Positions 26,192 through 32,000 of a DNA stretch of 32,000 bases are shown here, piece after piece. The translations under genes and the position numbers were made by a program. Source of the DNA: Delftia acidovorans NBRC 14950. GTDB lineage: Bacteria > Pseudomonadota > Gammaproteobacteria > Burkholderiales > Burkholderiaceae_C. Position 1 is the first letter of the stretch. Every line of letters starts with the position of its first letter. The notes under the pieces were generated by a model. That model saw only the letters and a list, made by a program, of their open reading frames with translations, was not told the DNA's origin and did no database searches. Where the stretch lies: positions 60,001 to 92,000 of the forward strand of contig NZ_BCZP01000011.1 in the NCBI RefSeq assembly GCF_001598795.1, written 5' to 3'.

Positions 26192-26503
26192 TTGAGCGCA
26201 CCTTCACCGGACAGCATGGCCCGCCTCGTCGCCACACGCACCCTCGACAAGTACGAGCGTGACTACTATCCCAAGCGCGACCGCATCACCATTTCCTTCC
26301 GGGGCGACCTGGCCGAGCAATACAACTACGACAAGATCCAGCCCTTGTCCGAGGCCCAGCGCCATGGCCACAAGGTCGTCATCGAGGCGACCAGCCAGAA
26401 AACCGGCGCCACGGGCCACTACTGCATCGAATGCAACAGCTGGAACCTCATCGAGGCCGTGGGCACCTGGGCGCCCGGCGAGGAAGCCCCGGCCGCAGAC
26501 TGA
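26192..26503 (+). CDS. Hypothetical small protein (103 aa), no family recognised
   Basis: TTG start 5 nt after AGGAGA, or an internal ATG at Met9. Strong GC3 bias in frame. Acidic/aromatic sequence with a single CxxC (HYCIECNSW). Confidence 0.5.
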   Translation: MSAPSPDSMARLVATRTLDKYERDYYPKRDRITISFRGDLAEQYNYDKIQPLSEAQRHGHKVVIEATSQKTGATGHYCIECNSWNLIEAVGTWAPGEEAPAAD

Positions 26504-26512
26504 TCTGCGCGG

Positions 26513-27163
26513 TCAGCCAACTGCCGGTGCCAACGCGCTGCCAGCCACCCACCAGGCCAGCGCCAGCATCATCACGCCCGTGAGGCCATCGAGAACGCGC
26601 CAGGCCTGCGGCTTCTCGAACAGGCGCTTCATGCGGCGGCCCGCAAAGGCCAGCGCCACGAACCACGACAGGCTGGCCGATGCGGCGCCCACCACATAGA
26701 CCCACTTGAGTACGCCTTCCTGGCGCGCGCCGATGGAACCCATGAGCAGCACCGTGTCCAGATAGACATGGGGGTTGAACAGGGTGATCACGGCCAGCGT
26801 GGAGACCACGCCCAGCAGGCCACGCGGGGCCAGTTGCCCGCCCGATGCCGCCAGTTGCGCATCGGGCGCCATGGCCATGCGCCACAGCGCGATCAGCCCA
26901 TAGGCCAGCAGGAACAGGGCGCCGCCCAGCGTCAGGTAGCGGGCCAGGTCGGGGTTGTCGCCCAGCAGCCGGGCCATGCCCGCCACGCCCAGGCCGATGA
27001 GCACCACGTCGCTCACCACGCACCAGGCCACGCAGGCGCGCACATGCTGACCGTGCACGGCTTGGCGCAGCACATAGAGGTTCTGGGCGCCGATGGAGAC
27101 GATGAGAGACAGGCAGACCGTGAAGCCCGCCAGCCAGGAAGAAGAAACATTTGCAGTCCACAT
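26513..27163 (-). CDS. argO: LysE/ArgO-family basic amino-acid exporter
   Basis: 216 aa, about 6 TM. GFTVCLSLIVSIGAQNLYVLRQ and ...LFNPHVYLDTVLLMGSIG... are LysE/ArgO hallmarks. Divergent from argP. Confidence 0.85.
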   Translation of the reverse strand: MWTANVSSSWLAGFTVCLSLIVSIGAQNLYVLRQAVHGQHVRACVAWCVVSDVVLIGLGVAGMARLLGDNPDLARYLTLGGALFLLAYGLIALWRMAMAPDAQLAASGGQLAPRGLLGVVSTLAVITLFNPHVYLDTVLLMGSIGARQEGVLKWVYVVGAASASLSWFVALAFAGRRMKRLFEKPQAWRVLDGLTGVMMLALAWWVAGSALAPAVG

Positions 27164-27193
27164 GGCCGGGATTGTCTGGCCGGCAAATGGTTA

Positions 27194-27211
27194 AGTAAAA
27201 TTACATTTACT
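27194..27211. promoter_or_regulatory. Perfect inverted repeat AGTAAA-attaca-TTTACT in the argO/argP intergenic region (candidate LysR/ArgP box)
   Basis: 6-bp arms with a 6-bp spacer, inside the 70-bp AT-rich divergent promoter region. Compatible with a T-N11-A LysR-type motif. Confidence 0.45.
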
Positions 27212-27233
27212 CAACCAAATGAAGAATATCTAA

Positions 27234-28139
27234 ATGCTCGACTACGCCGGACTCGAAGCCCTGGCGGCCGTGGTGCGCGAAGGCAGCTTCGAGCGCGCGG
27301 CGCGCAAGCTGCATGTCACGCCCTCGGCCGTTTCCCAGCGCATCAAGCTGCTGGAGGAGCGTGTGGGCCAGGTGCTGGTGCTGCGCGGCCAGCCCTGCTC
27401 GGGCACCGATGCGGGCCGCAGGCTGTGCCTGCACCTGGAGCAGGTGGCCCTGCTCGAAAACGATCTGCGCCGCAAGAACCCGGAGCTGGTCCCCGAGGGC
27501 CAGACCGCCCTGCCCACGCTCAAGCTGGCCGTCAATGCCGACTCGCTGTCCACTTGGTTCATGGATGCCATGTCCGCCTTCACGCGCGACGGCAACGAGC
27601 TGCTGGACATCAGCATCGACGACCAGGACCACACGGCCAAGCGCATCCGCGAGGGCGAGGTGCTGGCTGCCGTCACGGCCACTTCCTCGGCCATTCCCGG
27701 CTGCAATACCTGGCCGCTGGGCCGCATGCGCTACGTGGCGGCGGCCAGCCCCGACTTCATCCGCCGCTACCTGAAGGACGGCATCACGCCCGAGGCCATG
27801 GCGCGCACGCCCATGATGAGCTACGGCCGCAAGGACAGCCTGCAGGACCAATGGCTGCAACGCCTGGGCGCAGAGGGGCGGCGCAACACGCCGCGCCACT
27901 TTCTTCCCTCCAACCAGGGCTATACGCGGGCCTGCGAGCTGGGCATGGGCTGGGGCATGCACCCGCCGCTGATGATCGGCGCGCAACTGGCCGAAGGCAG
28001 CCTGGTGGAGCTGCTGCCCGGCAACGACCTGGACATTCCCATGTACTGGGCCCATGCGCGCAATGCACAGGCCAGCCTGCAGCGGCTGACGGACTGCGTG
28101 ATCCAGGCGGCAGCCGCCTGTCTTGACCCGATGGAGTGA
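27234..28139 (+). CDS. argP: LysR-family regulator ArgP/IciA
   Basis: 301 aa. MLDYAGLEALAAVVREGSFERAARKLHVTPSAVSQRIKLLEERVGQVLVLRGQP is collinear with ArgP. Classic divergent pairing with argO. Confidence 0.85.
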   Translation: MLDYAGLEALAAVVREGSFERAARKLHVTPSAVSQRIKLLEERVGQVLVLRGQPCSGTDAGRRLCLHLEQVALLENDLRRKNPELVPEGQTALPTLKLAVNADSLSTWFMDAMSAFTRDGNELLDISIDDQDHTAKRIREGEVLAAVTATSSAIPGCNTWPLGRMRYVAAASPDFIRRYLKDGITPEAMARTPMMSYGRKDSLQDQWLQRLGAEGRRNTPRHFLPSNQGYTRACELGMGWGMHPPLMIGAQLAEGSLVELLPGNDLDIPMYWAHARNAQASLQRLTDCVIQAAAACLDPME

Positions 28140-28165
28140 GGGGGCCATCGACGCCCCCCTCTTTC
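28138..28165 (+). terminator. Possible argP terminator hairpin
   Basis: GAGGGGGC-catcgac-GCCCCCCTC followed by TTTCC. Overlaps the stop codon. The T-tract is short. Confidence 0.4.
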
Positions 28166-28552
28166 CCCGCCTCGCCCACTCCGTCGAATCCACATCCCCG
28201 GCCAATGCGTTTTTGCCGGCCCGGGATCATCGCAATACCGGAAAAAACAGGTCTTCCATTCATTGAAGCCGCTGAAATACCGGCGTCATCAGATAATCCC
28301 GCGCACGCCCGGAAAATACAAACAGGAACAGTCCTAGAAATCAAATAGGAGCATTCCTATAAGGCAGATACAAGCGTCCCGGGGGGCAAAAAGAAGGACT
28401 CAGATTCTCTGAAAAGCCTTGACATCATTTGCAGTGAGCCTAGAGAATTCGCGGGCCTCAAGGCAATTTCATAAAGCCGCCACTCTTTTTGAAAATCACG
28501 CAGGCAATAGACGCGCCTCGAAATACTTTCCATATCCAGGAAATCGGCATCT

Positions 28553-28574
28553 CCGGCAATTCCTCCATTGCCGG
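28553..28574. promoter_or_regulatory. Perfect inverted repeat CCGGCAAT-tcctcc-ATTGCCGG upstream of the minor-pilin operon
   Basis: 8-bp arms with a 6-bp spacer, about 150 bp upstream of the fimT-like start. Either a dimeric regulator site or an RNA hairpin. Confidence 0.35.
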
Positions 28575-28720
28575 ATATTCAGGATTCGCCTATGAACACC
28601 ACAGGAATACACAGGGACGAATACACGGGACAGACAATGCAGGAGTACTCCTTCGCTTTTCATTTGCGCATTCCATTCATTGCGCATGCGGCATGCCAGC
28701 GGCGCCGCGAAGCCGGCGGC

Positions 28721-29425
28721 ATGCCTGCGCCGCCCGCAGGGCGCCACCAGGGCTTCACCCTGGTGGAGATCATGGTGACCCTGGCCGTGATGGTCATCCT
28801 GCTGGCCATTGCCGCCCCCAACATGAACGACATGGTGCAGGCCAGCCAGCAGGAGTCCGCACTGATGCGCCTGTCCGCGGCCCTGCGCATGGCCCAGCAC
28901 GAGGCGGGACGACGCAACCAGCGCATCACCATCTGCCCTGCCAGCGCGGGCCGCAAGGCCTGCAGCGACACCGCCATCGGCAGCGGTCCCTATCAGGGGC
29001 TCCAGGATTGGTCCGGCGAGCTGATCGCCTTCAGCGACGGCAGCACCCCCCGCGTGATCGACGAGGACGACCAGGTCCTCAGGGTGTTTCCCAGCGTGCG
29101 CAGCGTGGATCTCTTCGCCTGGTATCCGACGGGCGGCCAGGGCATGAAATCGGCGGGCCACGCCGTACACGCGCTTCCGGACGGGCAGATCTGCTGGCCC
29201 ACGGCCCGCCAGGGCGCACCGGGCGCCGAGCAGGTCCACCGCGTGGCCTACCCCTGCAACCCGGACGTGACCTTCACGGCCTGCCCGAGTCGCGCCCGGC
29301 ACCTGCCCGCCCGCCATATCGCCATGTATGCCGGTGGCCTGCAGGACCTGGCGCCGCGCGACCCGCTGCCCCGCGCCTCTGGCAGCAGCAAGCCGCCAGC
29401 CATAGGCTGCGCCGCCAGCCTCTGA
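28721..29425 (+). CDS. fimT: Type IV pilus minor pilin, GspH/FimT-like, with extended C-terminus
   Basis: Leader MPAPPAGRHQG|FTLVEIMVTLAVMVILLAIAAPN is a class III signal peptide with Glu+5. ...ALMRLSAALRMAQHEA... is GspH/FimT-like. 234 aa versus the usual 160-190 or so. High GC3 persists to the stop. In-frame upstream starts (28637 ATG, 28568 TTG) would give implausibly long leaders. Confidence 0.7.
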   Translation: MPAPPAGRHQGFTLVEIMVTLAVMVILLAIAAPNMNDMVQASQQESALMRLSAALRMAQHEAGRRNQRITICPASAGRKACSDTAIGSGPYQGLQDWSGELIAFSDGSTPRVIDEDDQVLRVFPSVRSVDLFAWYPTGGQGMKSAGHAVHALPDGQICWPTARQGAPGAEQVHRVAYPCNPDVTFTACPSRARHLPARHIAMYAGGLQDLAPRDPLPRASGSSKPPAIGCAASL

Positions 29426-29444
29426 ACACAAGCGAGGACTTCGC

Positions 29445-29933
29445 ATGGACAGGAAGGATCCACACCCCGCTCCCACCCCCGCCGCAGCTGCGGCATCGCA
29501 GGCAGGCTTCACGCTGGTGGAGGTCATGGTCACCCTGGTGGTCATTTCCGCCGGCCTGCTGGGCACCCTCAAGGGGCTCTATCAGAACCTGGGCGACCTC
29601 AATGCCTCCTACCAGCGCACGGCGGCCGTGCAAAAGGCCGCCGAGATGGTGGAACGCCTGCGCGCCAACCGCCGGGGCGCACTGGCAGGCGACTTCGACG
29701 GCGGTGGCGGCACCGCGCCCAGATCCTGCAGCGACCCTGGCGAAGGCGGCGACGACAAGGCCCATGCCCAGTACCGGCTGTGCCTGTGGCAAAGGGACCT
29801 GGGCAACGCCCTGGCCCAGGGCCAGGGCAGCGTCAAGACTGCCGAAGGCAAGACCCTCATCACCGTGACCTGGAGCCATCCCCGCAGCGGGGATGGAAAC
29901 CCCGAAGAACACAGCATCGAGGTCATCCCATGA
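29445..29933 (+). CDS. pilV: Type IV pilus minor pilin PilV
   Basis: 162 aa. ...SQAG|FTLVEVMVTLVVISAGLLGTL is the PilV-type N-terminus. AGGA SD. The leader is 20 aa, which is long. Confidence 0.8.
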   Translation: MDRKDPHPAPTPAAAAASQAGFTLVEVMVTLVVISAGLLGTLKGLYQNLGDLNASYQRTAAVQKAAEMVERLRANRRGALAGDFDGGGGTAPRSCSDPGEGGDDKAHAQYRLCLWQRDLGNALAQGQGSVKTAEGKTLITVTWSHPRSGDGNPEEHSIEVIP

Positions 29934-31018
29934 GAGATCGGCTGGCATCCCGTGGCCCGCAGCAGGGCCTGACCCTGGTGGAACTCATGGTGGCGGTGGT
30001 CATCGCCCTGTTTCTCCTGGCCGCCTTGGCGGGACTGTATGTGAACGCAAGAGGCCTGCTGCGCCATGAAAATGCACTGGCGCGCATGCAAAGCGATGCA
30101 CGCCTGAGCTTTGGCGTGATGGGCCAGGCGGTGCGCAATGCGGGCTTCACGGGCTGCAGCACGGCCTTGAGCAAGGTTCCCCCCTTCATCGCCGAGCCCC
30201 TGAGGCTCGGGCGCCACTGGAATCTGTTGGACCCCATAGGCATCCGGCGCGGACAGGCACAGGATGGTTGGACCAGTTTCGCGGAAGATGTCCCTGCCCA
30301 GGCCAGCGCCCGGTCGGACGTGCTCAGGACCGCGGGTACGGGCACGCACAAGAGCAGCCAGCAACTGAGCGACAACGATGTGGTCGTCGCGACCGATTGC
30401 TCGCAGACCTACATTTCCCGCCGGGCGCTCCTGGATACCTGCATCAAGCCCCCGCCCGGATCGGGAATTTCCGGCTTCTCCCCGGACCGGGGCACCTGCG
30501 GCCTGACGCCCCTCAAGCGCGACGCACGCGTGCTGCCCGCAATCAATGACCTGTTCTTCATCGGGCGGCTCAAGGACGGCAGCGCCACCGGCCTCATCCA
30601 CTGCTCCAGCAGCCTGATCGATCCCAAGCCCGGTCACCGCAAAGCCAATGACCTGAGCTGCCGCATGCTGGCCGAAGGGGCCGTGGATCTCAAGATCGAG
30701 TCCATACACGGCCAGCCCTCGGCCGCCGTGCAGCAAAAGGCGCCGGGCAACAGCGTATGGAACAACACCGGCTCCGGCCTGGCCGGCAGAGCGACGACGC
30801 CGGGCCCGACTCCGCCGCCACCGCCTCCTGCCGTGCGCGCCGTGGAAGTGCGCCTTCTCATGGCCTCCGCGCCTGGCATGGGTGCGCTGCTGCACGCACC
30901 CCAGAGCTACACCTTCTATCGCGACAGCAACGGCGCTCCCCAGCGCACCACCGCAGCCGATCGGCGGCTGTACCGTGAATTCAGCGCGGTCTTCACGCTG
31001 CGAAACCGGGTGGAATGA
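29930..31018 (+). CDS. pilW: Type IV pilus assembly protein PilW
   Basis: 362 aa. ...PQQG|LTLVELMVAVVIALFLLAALAGLY...ALARMQSDARLSFGVMGQAVRNAGFTGC is PilW-like. Its ATG overlaps the pilV stop (ATGA). Confidence 0.8.
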   Translation: MRDRLASRGPQQGLTLVELMVAVVIALFLLAALAGLYVNARGLLRHENALARMQSDARLSFGVMGQAVRNAGFTGCSTALSKVPPFIAEPLRLGRHWNLLDPIGIRRGQAQDGWTSFAEDVPAQASARSDVLRTAGTGTHKSSQQLSDNDVVVATDCSQTYISRRALLDTCIKPPPGSGISGFSPDRGTCGLTPLKRDARVLPAINDLFFIGRLKDGSATGLIHCSSSLIDPKPGHRKANDLSCRMLAEGAVDLKIESIHGQPSAAVQQKAPGNSVWNNTGSGLAGRATTPGPTPPPPPPAVRAVEVRLLMASAPGMGALLHAPQSYTFYRDSNGAPQRTTAADRRLYREFSAVFTLRNRVE

Positions 31019-31578
31019 GCATGGCAAGGACACGGACACAAACACGGACACAGGGCGGCCTGGCGCTCATCACCACCATGATCATCATGATGGCCCTGGT
31101 GATGCTGTCGCTGGCCGCCATGAACATGGGCCTGCTGCAGGGCCGGTCCACGGGCAACCGCAACGACTGGCACATCGCCTTCCAGGCCGCCGAGGCCGCG
31201 CTGCGCGACGGAGAGCAGGACATCACCACCCGCAACCCGGCCCTGGAGGCCTTTGACGATGCCTGCACAGCGGGCCTGTGCCTGCCCAGGGAAGACGGCA
31301 GCTCGTGGTCCGAGGCGCTCATTGCCCAGGACACGCTGGGCGTGGCGCTGGGCACGCACACCGGGCAGACCGCCCCCGGCCCCCAGGGAGCACCGACACC
31401 GCGCTACCTCATCGAGCGGCTGGAGACCCCTGCTCAAAGCGTGGTCGTGCAGGGCTATGGCGCCGACCAGGGCCGCCCTCCCGTCTTTCGCGTGACGGCC
31501 ATCGGCATGGGAGCGGCCCGGCGCGCCGATGGCAGTCCGGCCTCGCGGGTGGTGCTGCAAAGCATGTACATCAATTGA
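31015..31578 (+). CDS. pilX: Type IV pilus minor pilin PilX
   Basis: 187 aa. GGLALITTMIIMMALVMLSLAAMNMGLLQGRSTGNRNDWHIAFQAAEAALRDGE matches the PilX N-terminal domain pattern. Its ATG overlaps the pilW stop (ATGA). Confidence 0.75.
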   Translation: MSMARTRTQTRTQGGLALITTMIIMMALVMLSLAAMNMGLLQGRSTGNRNDWHIAFQAAEAALRDGEQDITTRNPALEAFDDACTAGLCLPREDGSSWSEALIAQDTLGVALGTHTGQTAPGPQGAPTPRYLIERLETPAQSVVVQGYGADQGRPPVFRVTAIGMGAARRADGSPASRVVLQSMYIN

Positions 31579-31588
31579 AGGAAAGACC

Positions 31589-32000
31589 ATGCGCAAACTC
31601 CCTCTGCAAAAGCCCAGCACCCCCCTCTTGCCGGCGGCAGTGGCGATGCTGCTGCTCGCCTGCATGGTCGGCCCCCGCGCGCAGCAGCCGCCGCGCCCCG
31701 TGCCTCTGAACATCTCACAGGTGCCCCTGATGGCCACGCAGAACGCCACGCCCAACGTGCTGCTCATCATGGACAACTCCAACAGCATGGACGAGGCCCC
31801 GAACGGCTCCGCCGTCGGCAGCGACAGCAATGACAGCAAGTCCGAGATCGCCCGCGCCGCTGCCCGCACCATCATCGAACGCTACCAGGGGCGCATGAAC
31901 TTGGGCCTGATGGCCTACCAGCAGGAAGACGTCGTCCCGCGCAGCCTGAGCAACTCGCTATACGACGTCAGCTACGACCCCAACCACTTCGACCCGCAAT
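31589..32000 (+). CDS. pilY1: PilY1-like tip adhesin, N-terminal fragment (vWA-type start), truncated by the window end
   Basis: This ORF is not in the track because it is open-ended. My own translation is MRKLPLQKPSTPLLPAAVAMLLLACMVGP...ISQVPLMATQNATPNVLLIMDNSNSMDEAPNG.... It has a signal peptide plus the DxSxS MIDAS-like motif typical of PilY1 N-termini. GAAGGAAAG SD. It follows pilX. Confidence 0.7.
   Translation, partial: MRKLPLQKPSTPLLPAAVAMLLLACMVGPRAQQPPRPVPLNISQVPLMATQNATPNVLLIMDNSNSMDEAPNGSAVGSDSNDSKSEIARAAARTIIERYQGRMNLGLMAYQQEDVVPRSLSNSLYDVSYDPNHFDPQ

Noticed and set aside
28136-28348. 70-aa ORF (+) and the TTG-initiated ORFs at 28489 and 28568 in the pilin upstream region as small genes.
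   Set aside because: They have no SD and no GC3 bias (the region is low-GC). Their Pro/Ser-rich or random-looking translations merge into the fimT frame or its out-of-frame shadow.
28266-28670. Segment bracketed by the exact 12-bp direct repeat TTCCATTCATTG as a MITE or IS remnant with target-site duplication.
   Set aside because: There are no terminal inverted repeats just inside the 12-mers and no transposase remnant. A 12-bp TSD would be unusual. I keep it as a regulatory-repeat observation instead. A genome-wide BLASTN of the 405-bp segment would settle it.
29180-29425. The C-terminal part of the fimT-like ORF as a frameshifted or pseudogenised region.
   Set aside because: Third-codon-position GC remains very high in the same frame up to the stop. 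The other two plus-strand frames translate to Arg/Pro-rich nonsense or are closed, so the extension appears to be genuinely translated.

Overview
This is a 32-kb, high-GC (roughly 65-67% by eye) segment that reads like core chromosome of a betaproteobacterium. It is probably Burkholderiales/Comamonadaceae, a placement inferred only from how the proteins look. Gene order from left to right: (1) A reductive pyrimidine-catabolism operon on the minus strand (preT-preA-NCS1 permease-dihydropyrimidinase) with a divergent RutR-like TetR regulator tightly followed by speG. (2) A DUF1801 gene, tRNA-Val(GAC), a RelA-type (p)ppGpp synthetase translationally coupled to an alpha/beta hydrolase, and divergent bdhA. 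(3) A SIMPL/YggE-like periplasmic protein and ompR-envZ. (4) ispD-ispF divergent from mfd, then a polytopic membrane protein and serB. (5) An Ala/Pro-rich secreted protein, a DUF3820 gene and a stand-alone metQ. (6) Two divergently transcribed exporter/regulator pairs (rhtA-like/Lrp and argO/argP) flanking a small unknown ORF. (7) The start of a type IV pilus minor-pilin operon (fimT-like, pilV, pilW, pilX, pilY1, truncated by the window end). I found no integrase, transposase, CRISPR array, restriction-modification, toxin-antitoxin or recognisable defence genes. I cannot honestly point to a clearly novel multi-gene system. The items most worth a second look are: the repeat-dense, low-GC 580-bp control region in front of the pilin operon and the extended FimT-like protein; the hydrolase-relA coupling next to bdhA; a dense CATG cluster in the ispD/mfd divergent region; a highly structured 5' leader plus the low-complexity secreted protein downstream of serB; and a palindrome-rich spacer separating ompR from envZ. 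Most very long ORFs in the supplied track are antisense shadows or artificial N-terminal extensions typical of high-GC DNA. All starts were re-picked by eye from SD spacing and family N-termini.
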